Shown piece by piece: positions 45,814-54,912 of a stretch of DNA of 64,000 bases. The stretch lies in the IMG/VR virus record IMGVR_UViG_3300031952_000007, positions 14,504 to 78,503 of that record; one strand, 5' to 3'. Under the pieces are notes generated by a model. The model saw nothing but the letters and a program-made list of their open reading frames with translations. It had not been told where the DNA came from and ran no database searches. A program made the translations under genes and the position numbers. Each line of letters starts with the position of its first letter. Position 1 is the stretch's first letter. The DNA comes from a virus. Lineage: Duplodnaviria; Heunggongvirae; Uroviricota; Caudoviricetes; Crassvirales.

Positions 45814-48800
45814 CCAAGGTGGTAATGTAAAACCAGAATATAATGTTGCACAAGCAGGTTTAAATTTAGATCAATCTATAGCACAGATTCCTAAAGGTAA
45901 ACTCACTTATGCATTAAATGCTGTTTTAGAAAACTTTGACTCAAATTCTATAAGTTATCAGAATGAGCAGGGTAATGAGTTATGCTTACAATTTCCTGTA
46001 GATCATCATTTGATTGGAACACATTTTATTCCTGAAAAAAATAAACATGTATTCTTCTTAACCAACCCCAACACTGGAGCTTCTCAAATTGGGTATATGG
46101 ACAATAATGATTGTGTTTATCGTACTTATATAGAAGCAACATGTCTTAATTTTAATATAGACAATCCAATACATAAAGTTGTACATAAAATTACAAATTG
46201 TACTACAGAGATTTATTGGACAGATGGTTTAAATTCTAGAAGATATTTAGATCTTAATCCTGAAAATCTTCCTCTTGTAGTAAAACCTGGAACAGATGTT
46301 TGTGACAATGAAACAATTAATGTAATTGATTGTAACAAATTAAAAATACAACCTGATTTCCAAATTCCAAGTCTTACTGTTAGTGATATAACAACAGGTG
46401 GGGCACTTAAAGCTGGAACCTATCAATTTGCAATTCAATACTGTGATGCATCTGGAGATGGATATACATCGTATTATTCTGTAACAAATCCTACACCAAT
46501 ATCTGATAAACGTGTAACTACTCTTAATTTTGATTATGAGGTGGGTAAATCTATTGTTGTAAATATTGACAATATTGATATTACAGGATATTTTAGTTAC
46601 TATAACATTGCTGTAATTAAATCAATCAATGCAATTACATCTGTTGAGTTGATTGGTACATTTTCTATTGATAAAAGATTTAAACAAGTCACCTATACAG
46701 GTCAGAATGAAACACAAATCAAACTGACAATCAATGATATATTTGAAAAGTTTCCCTATTATGATGTAGCTAAAGATCTTACATCAGTTCAAGACATTCT
46801 TGTATGGGATAACCTCATCTCTATAGATAGAATTAACTATCAACAAATTGCCAATCAAATTCAACTTCAGTGGCAAACCTATAAAATACCTTCTACAGAA
46901 AATTATTCAGATGAATTAAATGCTACAAATCTAAGAGGTTATCTTAGAGATGAAGTGTATGCATTTGAGATTGTATTTCTATTAAAGAATGGTAAACAAA
47001 CAGATGGTTTTCATATTCCAGGTAGAGAAATCAGTTTACAAGATTTACAATATTCAGATGTTCCTGATACAAATCCAGATTTTATTGGCGTACCAAAATA
47101 TGTGGACACTGTAACAGGAATAGGATATAGTCCTTATTGGAAAATATATAATACAGCTACAGTTATTGGTAATGGTGATGGATATCCTATTAATAATGCT
47201 GTTCCTTATAAATATGGAGATTTTGCATATTGGGAATCTACAGAAGTATATCCTTGTAATACAGATGTATGGGGAGAACTATCGAATACACCAATTAGGC
47301 ATCATAAATTTCCAGATGTATTAGTTAGTCCTATATTTGAAACTCCTACAATACTATATTCAAATAATCAAATTGCACCAGTGATGCAAAATGATGCTGT
47401 ATTTCCTATTGGTGTAAAAATAGATTCTTCAAGAGTTGCACAATTAATAAAAAATTCAAATCTTACAACAGATCAAAAAGATAACATTGCTGCATTTAAA
47501 ATTGTAAGAGGTGATAGAAGTACAAATAAATCAATTGTAGCAAAAGGTATTCTTAGGAATGTTGGTAAATATGAAAAGGAAGGGACAAGTTACTACTACC
47601 CAAATTATCCATATAATGATCTTAAAGCAGATCCCTTTATCTTAAGTAAAAATAATGCATATACAGTTGATACCAATATTGATTCTGTAGACGGTGCTTG
47701 TAGAAAATTTAAGGTAACAGTTTATATATCAGGAACCATAGAATATGTAGATTGTTTTACAAATGTAACAGCAACGTATACAACGACTGCTGGGGTAGAT
47801 CTTAGTTTTTGTGCATTAGGAATTCCTAAAGTTTTAACAGGCAGCGCATTTGTACAATCTTTAACTTATAAAACATACTCATTAACATTAAATGATTTAA
47901 CTCCGTATGTTTTTGTTAAAGTAAAATATGTTGCTCCAGGTGGATGTTTTCCAGGAACAAATGCAAGCTGTAGAAAAGGATATGATCCTGGACCTGTATG
48001 TGCAACTAGTAGCACTCCAAGTAATTATACTTGTTTAACTGGAAATTATGCTACTAGACAAGTATTACTTATAGCAACACCAAGAACACTAACATTTACT
48101 TCTATTATTGTACCAATTTTTGTTAGTGGTAGTACAAATTATGAATTAAAAGAAATAAGTTCTAGTGGATATGATTCTACTTGTATAGCATTACCATTAG
48201 AAGGATTTACAAAAAATAATGGGGCTAATTACAGACAAGTATTTAATTCTCCAGAAACTTCTTTTGGACAACCCTTTTTAGGAGATGTTATTAAATTAGA
48301 AAGTGCAATATTTGGTGCAGGAAAAGCACATTTTACACAAGTAAAGAAAAATGCTTTTTATAAATTATTATCCAAAGAGGCACAACAAGATGCATTTAAA
48401 TCTAGTTCTGATTTAGGAAGTATCACTGCTCCTTATAATGCAGCAGCAATGATGGCAGCTTACCAAGCATATTTAACTATTTATGTGAACGGTATTACAA
48501 GAAGAAACTATGCTTATTCATTTAATTCTATAGCTAGTTATGATTATGCTTCTAGTATAGATAACAATATTCAAAAGAAACAAAGAAGTCTTGATATTGC
48601 ACAATATCTTATTCCTGGAGTACAGTCAGTAGGAGAATCTGAAGGAATAAATGTAAATAACTATCAAAGAGAATCTTCTGTTTATTTAAAGACAAAAGAA
48701 AGTTACACACCTCTTCCCTTTCCTAATGAAACTCCAAGTCTTACTCCTGGAGGAACTAGTATTATTTCTGATACTTCAAGATTTTTAATATCTGAAAATT

Positions 48801-50551
48801 TAAATTGTAATAATCCTGGACAAAATAGAAATATAAGTGTTGTTTCATATTATGCATCATTAAAAAATACATTTGTTAATCAATGGGGACAAATATATTC
48901 ATATGATACGATTGATACAGGATTTCAAAGAAATATTGAACAAGCAAATTTATCAAACAATCAACTTTCTTCAGTAGCAACAGTTTTTGGTGGAGATACA
49001 TTTATATCAAGATTTGCATTTAAAACAAAACTTCCTTTCTTTATAGACAATCGTGTGGGTGCTCCAGATGATTCTGATATATTTTATGATGAAATTGGTA
49101 ATGTTGCCTATCCACGATATTGGCATTCATCAAGATCTATATTAAGTAATGCTACTGCTCAATCAAAGACTCTTATAAATTTTATATCATTCAAAGCTCA
49201 TAATTTTGATTGTCCAAATAGTCAAGGAACATCTTCAAATAATCCTGGAAGAACTTTTTATGATGGTAAATTTTATTTATTTGCATATGGAATTCCTTCA
49301 TTTTATTGTGAGTCTTCTATAAATACAGATCTTAGACAAGCATTTAATAATAAAGAAGGAGATTTTTGGCCTCACGTGAGCACAGGTATTCCTGATGATT
49401 GGTTTCAAGAAAGTTATGTTTCAATAGCATTTGATAATACTTATCATTACAATGTAAGTTTCTCTAAACAAAATAGAGAAAACTTTTTTACTCATCTTCC
49501 TGTAGATTGGCAAGCACAACTTTGTTTTACAAACTTTCCATTTAGAGCAATTTATTCTGATGCTCAACAAAGTTTTAGTGATAATAGAATTAACAGTTGG
49601 TTGATCTATCGTCCAATATCCAATTTTGATTTTCCTCAAAATTATGGTAAGTTGGTGTCATTAGATGGTATTCAGAATAAGGCCATTCTAGCCAGATTTG
49701 AGAACAAATCTTTGTTATACAATACAATGCTCACTATTAATACAAGTAACCCACAAGCGGCTTATTTGGGCAATAGCACACTGTTTAAATCAGCACCTCC
49801 AATTGATTTTGCTGAAACAGATCTTGGTTATGTAGGAAGTCAAAATAAGTTCTTATTAAAAATACCTCAAGGACAAATCACTGTAGATGCTAAGAGAGGA
49901 CAAGTATTTTTAATATCTGGAGGTCAAGCACAAGATCTTTCTGCTTTTGGATCTGGAATGAACAGATTCTTTACAGATCATTTAGCATTTGAAATTCTTA
50001 GATACTTTTCAAATGTTGACATAGATAATCATTTTAGTGGTGTGGGACTGCATGGTGTATATGATTCTAAATTTGATAGGGTGATTATAACAAAACTTGA
50101 TTATATTCCACTTTTTGATAATATTAAATATGAAGAATCAACCAGAGAGTTTTATTATATTGACACACTTGGTATAAGAAGAAATATCTTACTTACAGAT
50201 CCTGAATTTTTCTGTAGTAAATCATGGACTCTTTCTTATAATGTAAATACACAAAGCTGGACAAGTTTTCATAGTTATATTCCTAATTTTTATATTGCTG
50301 AAAACAATTTCTTTTACTCAGGATTAAATGATGGATGTGATTTTGATGCAGCAATTGCAGCTTATTTAATTCCTACACCATCAACATCAAGTACATCAAC
50401 AACTATACGTCCACCAGATCCTACAACTACTAGTACAACAACTACGTTATATTGTGATTTTACAGTGGTTACATTAGCACTTGGATGTGAATTAGATGGG
50501 GAAGCTACAGAAAAATATTGTCAAATAATAGGAACAGCAACTGAACAATAA
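45794..50551 (+). CDS. very large virion/tail protein (1585 aa)
   Basis: Uninterrupted 4.76-kb ORF ending in a Ser/Thr-rich linker (PTPSTSSTSTTIRPPDPTTTSTTTTLY) of the kind seen in the fibre proteins. Confidence 0.6.
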   Translation: MAGEDTNQGGNVKPEYNVAQAGLNLDQSIAQIPKGKLTYALNAVLENFDSNSISYQNEQGNELCLQFPVDHHLIGTHFIPEKNKHVFFLTNPNTGASQIGYMDNNDCVYRTYIEATCLNFNIDNPIHKVVHKITNCTTEIYWTDGLNSRRYLDLNPENLPLVVKPGTDVCDNETINVIDCNKLKIQPDFQIPSLTVSDITTGGALKAGTYQFAIQYCDASGDGYTSYYSVTNPTPISDKRVTTLNFDYEVGKSIVVNIDNIDITGYFSYYNIAVIKSINAITSVELIGTFSIDKRFKQVTYTGQNETQIKLTINDIFEKFPYYDVAKDLTSVQDILVWDNLISIDRINYQQIANQIQLQWQTYKIPSTENYSDELNATNLRGYLRDEVYAFEIVFLLKNGKQTDGFHIPGREISLQDLQYSDVPDTNPDFIGVPKYVDTVTGIGYSPYWKIYNTATVIGNGDGYPINNAVPYKYGDFAYWESTEVYPCNTDVWGELSNTPIRHHKFPDVLVSPIFETPTILYSNNQIAPVMQNDAVFPIGVKIDSSRVAQLIKNSNLTTDQKDNIAAFKIVRGDRSTNKSIVAKGILRNVGKYEKEGTSYYYPNYPYNDLKADPFILSKNNAYTVDTNIDSVDGACRKFKVTVYISGTIEYVDCFTNVTATYTTTAGVDLSFCALGIPKVLTGSAFVQSLTYKTYSLTLNDLTPYVFVKVKYVAPGGCFPGTNASCRKGYDPGPVCATSSTPSNYTCLTGNYATRQVLLIATPRTLTFTSIIVPIFVSGSTNYELKEISSSGYDSTCIALPLEGFTKNNGANYRQVFNSPETSFGQPFLGDVIKLESAIFGAGKAHFTQVKKNAFYKLLSKEAQQDAFKSSSDLGSITAPYNAAAMMAAYQAYLTIYVNGITRRNYAYSFNSIASYDYASSIDNNIQKKQRSLDIAQYLIPGVQSVGESEGINVNNYQRESSVYLKTKESYTPLPFPNETPSLTPGGTSIISDTSRFLISENLNCNNPGQNRNISVVSYYASLKNTFVNQWGQIYSYDTIDTGFQRNIEQANLSNNQLSSVATVFGGDTFISRFAFKTKLPFFIDNRVGAPDDSDIFYDEIGNVAYPRYWHSSRSILSNATAQSKTLINFISFKAHNFDCPNSQGTSSNNPGRTFYDGKFYLFAYGIPSFYCESSINTDLRQAFNNKEGDFWPHVSTGIPDDWFQESYVSIAFDNTYHYNVSFSKQNRENFFTHLPVDWQAQLCFTNFPFRAIYSDAQQSFSDNRINSWLIYRPISNFDFPQNYGKLVSLDGIQNKAILARFENKSLLYNTMLTINTSNPQAAYLGNSTLFKSAPPIDFAETDLGYVGSQNKFLLKIPQGQITVDAKRGQVFLISGGQAQDLSAFGSGMNRFFTDHLAFEILRYFSNVDIDNHFSGVGLHGVYDSKFDRVIITKLDYIPLFDNIKYEESTREFYYIDTLGIRRNILLTDPEFFCSKSWTLSYNVNTQSWTSFHSYIPNFYIAENNFFYSGLNDGCDFDAAIAAYLIPTPSTSSTSTTIRPPDPTTTSTTTTLYCDFTVVTLALGCELDGEATEKYCQIIGTATEQ

Positions 50552-50555
50552 TATC

Positions 50556-51344
50556 ATGGCAAAAACAGTAAAAATAACAACATCATCAGTGGGGGCAGAT
50601 TCTGGTCCTTATAATTTATTTTCAGATGCAACAGGATTTACATCAGCATTTGAAACTAATATTTCTAAGGCTGCATTAATAGCAGGATTTGTATCATACA
50701 ATGTTCCAGATGCTACAACAATAATTCGTGTGCGTTCTCTTGCTCCATGTAATAATTATGTTGATTCAACAGTTCCAGTTGTATTAGCTGGAACATGGTA
50801 TAGTATGCAAGAACAACCTGGATTTGCAATTACATATACATCAGGTACATGTGGTGGTGAATACAGACCTTCTATAACACTTACTATTAATAGTATTGCT
50901 ATAAATCAAGTAGAAAAAATAATAGGAGCTCCTTATACCAAAACATTTACTCATGATTCAATGAATATTATTCCTGCAGATAATACAGTACCTCTAACTT
51001 GTTTATTAGGTGCTCCCACAGGATATACATATACAGATTTTGTAGATCTTTTAAATGAAGCTTTTACAGATCTTGGACTTACACAATATAAGGCACAAGT
51101 ATCATTAATAGATAAACCAGGACCATTTACCATCACTCCAATTGAACCTGCTTACGGATTTTATATAGTAAGACCTAGAACAGATGTTTTTAGTATTAAG
51201 ACCACTACAAATGGAGGAATAGCAAACTTAATATATACTAATAATTATTTAACAAAGTGGGATGGTACTGTAAACCCTTATAAAGGAATAACAGAATCAG
51301 GAATCACTATTGTTGGAGGAGTTGTAATAGAACCTACACCATAA
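50556..51344 (+). CDS. fibre-like protein, paralog B
   Basis: N-terminus VKITTSSVGADSGPYNLFSDATGFTSAFETNISKAALIAGFVSYNVPDATTIIRVRSLAPCNNY matches paralogs A and C. Confidence 0.55.
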   Translation: MAKTVKITTSSVGADSGPYNLFSDATGFTSAFETNISKAALIAGFVSYNVPDATTIIRVRSLAPCNNYVDSTVPVVLAGTWYSMQEQPGFAITYTSGTCGGEYRPSITLTINSIAINQVEKIIGAPYTKTFTHDSMNIIPADNTVPLTCLLGAPTGYTYTDFVDLLNEAFTDLGLTQYKAQVSLIDKPGPFTITPIEPAYGFYIVRPRTDVFSIKTTTNGGIANLIYTNNYLTKWDGTVNPYKGITESGITIVGGVVIEPTP

Positions 51345-51664
51345 TGGAATATGAACAAATAGTTTGGAAGAGAAGAATAAGAAATAAAAGAGGTTCATTA
51401 AAATCTTTTGAAGATCTTCCTATAAAAGCACAAGAAGATTTTAAAAGTATTAAAAAGTTTTTAGAAATAAGTTTTAATAAACCTGTACAAGCATATGTTT
51501 TTGGAAGTTATTTACATGGTTTTTGGGATGAATTTTCTGATTACGATGTTATAATAAATGAAATGTGTGGAAGAAGAAAACTAGATGAATTAATTTTAGA
51601 AAGATTAAATTTAAAAGTAAATATACTTTGTGTAGAAGAAGTAGGTAAAATATCAATCCCTTAA
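51344..51664 (+). CDS. minimal nucleotidyltransferase (Pol-beta-like fold) domain protein (106 aa)
   Basis: VFGSYLHGFWDEFSDYDVII fits the hG[GS]x9-13DhDh nucleotidyltransferase signature; TAATG-coupled to paralog B. Confidence 0.45.
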   Translation: MEYEQIVWKRRIRNKRGSLKSFEDLPIKAQEDFKSIKKFLEISFNKPVQAYVFGSYLHGFWDEFSDYDVIINEMCGRRKLDELILERLNLKVNILCVEEVGKISIP

Positions 51665-51673
51665 AATAAAAAT

Positions 51674-54028
51674 ATGGCAGCAACATTAGCAAGTGTAACA
51701 ACAGGACTCATCACCCCAATTGATGCAACATTAACAGGTAATTTATTTTCAGTCACGTGCGAAGGTGCTGTAACAAACATTGGTGGATCTGCTGTTACAG
51801 AACGTGGTGTATGTTATGGAACTATAGCAAATCCTACTATTACAAATAGTAAAGTTGCAACAGGATCTGGAATAGGATCTTTTAGCACTACAATAACATC
51901 ATTGGCTCCAAATGTAATATATTATATTAGAGCATATGCCACTAATAGTTTTGGAACTTTTTATGGAATTGGTAAAACTTATAAAAGAGTAGTCACTGCT
52001 CCAAAAGTTACTACTCCTACATTAATTAATTTTTCAAAAACTGGTGATTTAATATCTGTAACAATTAATAACACTATCACCAATGATGGTGGTAGCACAT
52101 TATTAACAAAAGGAATATGTTGGGCAACAACCCTTAGTCCAACTATTGCTAATAATAATTTACCAAGCACTGGAAATTCTAATACTTTTATTTTTGAATT
52201 ACAAAATTTACTTCCAAATACAAATTATTATATTAGGACATACGCTTCTAACTTTTTTGGAATAACTTATAGCACTGCATTTATTTATAAAAATACAGTG
52301 GAACTCCCACAAATAAATACTTCTAAAACATATAGTTATAGAAATATTGAGTGCACTGGAGTATTTTCAATTCCTGGAGGATTACAAATTATACAAAAAG
52401 GATTTGTTATATCAACACTTAAATCTCCAACATTTGCTACAGCACTAAGCACAACTGTAAATGGTCCTGGAACTTCTGATTTTACTTCAACTATTTCTGC
52501 ACTTACTCCAAACACTACATATTATATAAGACCATACTTTACTACTGTTTTAGGAACAAGTTATGGTACAGGAATTGCAACTAAAACAAAAACATTAGCT
52601 GCTCCTACACTATCTCCTATTACAATTACTCCAATACATAATGTTGGAATTAATAATCAAATAGAACATTTTGAAGTGAGTGCCACTATTACTAGTAATG
52701 GAGGTGCTCCTATTTACGAAGCTGGTATTATATGGGCTCCTGAGTGGATGCCAAATCAAGGTAGTCCAGGTCAATTTATTACACTAACATCTGATGTTCC
52801 TGTGGGAGTAACCACTGACCAAGATTCACCAGGATTATTAAATGGAACTGTTGTCACTGGAAAAATTGCTGCAACAAAAGCATTTACCAATTGGTATAAT
52901 GAAAATGTTTCAGATGAAGGATATACTAATCCAGTTATTCCAGGAGTTTTTAATGAACTAGATGATAATGAAGGAAGTATTTATGCAAAAGTTTATGCAA
53001 AAAATTATGTTGGTGTAGGATATAGTTCAGAAACATATTGGCAAAGAACTCCTTTAGCATATAAAATAGGTATACAACCTGCAACAAGTTTTGTTACAGT
53101 GGTAAATTCTACTAACTGTACTGTTAAAACTAAAATGAAATATCATAGCTCACATACAATTTTAAATAAAGGAGTTTGTTGGAGTCTTAATTATAATCCT
53201 ACAACTAGTGATTCTTATACAAATGTAAGAACTAAACCAACTATAACTACATCTCCTACTGCAGGAGGTTGGAGTTTTGCAGAAGATACATATAACATCA
53301 CTGGAATAATTGAAGGACTCAATTATTATGTTAGATCTTATGTTGTAGATCAATTTGGAATTAGTTATGGCACAACATGTTCTGGTTTTAATACCAGTGT
53401 TTCAACATTGCAAGAAGTTACAATAGGGACTATGAAATGGGCAGATAAAGATCTTGATGTATCTACTTATAAAAATGGAAACATTATTCCTCAAGTGCAA
53501 GATGAAGATGCGTTTAAATATATTCAATATGGAGCTTGGTGTTATGTTAATAACGACCCTCTTTTAGGAAAACTTTATAATGGATATGCAATAACTGATT
53601 CTAGGGGATTGGCTCCTACAGGCTGGAGAATTCCTACAGATGCTGATTGGACAAAATTAGGAACAGCATTAGGAGGCAACGCAGTTGCTGGAGGTAAAAT
53701 GAAACATACTGGAACTAGAATAGTTAATGGTAAATCTGGTAATGTTTCTACTTATTGGCTTAGTCCTAATACTGGTGCTACAAATAGTTCTGGTCTTGGT
53801 GTAAGAGGTTTACCAAAACCAGGAAGAGGACCAGAGTTTTGGAAAGAGTTATATTATACAAATACATACAAAAATTATGCATCTTCCACTAAGTCTACAA
53901 AAACAATTATGGTGGAGATAACTAGGACTTCTTATTTATGGAGTAGATCTTTAGCTTATAATAGTGCAGCACTAACTGTTTCTGACATCCAATTTAATTG
54001 TGGATTTTCAGTAAGATGTATTAAATAA
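51674..54028 (+). CDS. tail/receptor-binding protein with repeated ~90-aa domains and a C-terminal FISUMP-like domain
   Basis: At least four repeats of the pattern G.CW...P.......G.G.F...I..L.PNT.YYIR.Y..N..G..YG. C-terminal region ...YNGYAITDSRGLAPTGWRIPTDADWTKLGTALGGNAVAGGKMK resembles the Fibrobacter succinogenes major paralogous domain consensus. Confidence 0.55.
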   Translation: MAATLASVTTGLITPIDATLTGNLFSVTCEGAVTNIGGSAVTERGVCYGTIANPTITNSKVATGSGIGSFSTTITSLAPNVIYYIRAYATNSFGTFYGIGKTYKRVVTAPKVTTPTLINFSKTGDLISVTINNTITNDGGSTLLTKGICWATTLSPTIANNNLPSTGNSNTFIFELQNLLPNTNYYIRTYASNFFGITYSTAFIYKNTVELPQINTSKTYSYRNIECTGVFSIPGGLQIIQKGFVISTLKSPTFATALSTTVNGPGTSDFTSTISALTPNTTYYIRPYFTTVLGTSYGTGIATKTKTLAAPTLSPITITPIHNVGINNQIEHFEVSATITSNGGAPIYEAGIIWAPEWMPNQGSPGQFITLTSDVPVGVTTDQDSPGLLNGTVVTGKIAATKAFTNWYNENVSDEGYTNPVIPGVFNELDDNEGSIYAKVYAKNYVGVGYSSETYWQRTPLAYKIGIQPATSFVTVVNSTNCTVKTKMKYHSSHTILNKGVCWSLNYNPTTSDSYTNVRTKPTITTSPTAGGWSFAEDTYNITGIIEGLNYYVRSYVVDQFGISYGTTCSGFNTSVSTLQEVTIGTMKWADKDLDVSTYKNGNIIPQVQDEDAFKYIQYGAWCYVNNDPLLGKLYNGYAITDSRGLAPTGWRIPTDADWTKLGTALGGNAVAGGKMKHTGTRIVNGKSGNVSTYWLSPNTGATNSSGLGVRGLPKPGRGPEFWKELYYTNTYKNYASSTKSTKTIMVEITRTSYLWSRSLAYNSAALTVSDIQFNCGFSVRCIK

Positions 54029-54042
54029 TAAATTCAACAAGA

Positions 54043-54912
54043 ATGTCAAAAGCAATAGTAATAAAATTAACAAAGATTGGTAGTAGGGTTACAGGACCAT
54101 TTGTTATAAAAGATAATTTTGAAACTGTCTTGGGAACTAATGTTTCCAAGGCAGCTCTTGTTTCTGGAACATCATATATAGTTAATGATGCTGCTACATC
54201 TATTATTATTGAATCGAAAGGTAGATGTAATGTTATAAAAACAATTCTTATTACAGAAATTACTATAGAACAACTAGCAGCAACTACTCTTCAATATTCT
54301 GATACATCTTCTCTATGGAGACATTTAACAAATATACAATTATATAATAATTATTATGGAACTACAGAACCATACGTAATTGAATATCCATTCTCTTATC
54401 AATTCCAAGATGAGATTTTACAAAATGTAAAAGACTATACAAAAGCATTTAAATATCTTTCTATACCAGATGGTGTATTTAATTATAACACTAGAATAGA
54501 AACAGACGATGTGTGGTTTAATAAAGCTATTGTATATAATGGACAACAAAACTCTGGTCTTCTAGAACTGGTTCCAAAGCCTCTTAATAACTTAAGAGAC
54601 TATATGAAATATCCAATATATAATGTTGACAGTAAAACCATTACCTTTACAAAATCTGATAACTTCTATCAATACAATACATTCTGGAGCTTGTTAAAAA
54701 ATAAACAACAAGTGATGTTTAATACATCATGTGAAAGTCTTTCTATTGATAGAGTGTTAAATCAATCTAATATGGATTATGGAAAGAGATCTTTCAAGAA
54801 AGAACCTCTGAGGGCTAAAGATTTAAAAGTGAGACATATATTAGATAATAGAAGCGATAGTCACTTAGTAAGTCAATTTATTTTAACACCTGCTCAAATA
54901 TCTTATAAATAA
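54043..54912 (+). CDS. fibre-like protein, paralog C
   Basis: N-terminus IVIKLTKIGSRVTGPFVIKDNFETVLGTNVSKAALVSGTSYIVNDAATSIIIESKGRCN matches paralogs A and B. Confidence 0.55.
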   Translation: MSKAIVIKLTKIGSRVTGPFVIKDNFETVLGTNVSKAALVSGTSYIVNDAATSIIIESKGRCNVIKTILITEITIEQLAATTLQYSDTSSLWRHLTNIQLYNNYYGTTEPYVIEYPFSYQFQDEILQNVKDYTKAFKYLSIPDGVFNYNTRIETDDVWFNKAIVYNGQQNSGLLELVPKPLNNLRDYMKYPIYNVDSKTITFTKSDNFYQYNTFWSLLKNKQQVMFNTSCESLSIDRVLNQSNMDYGKRSFKKEPLRAKDLKVRHILDNRSDSHLVSQFILTPAQISYK

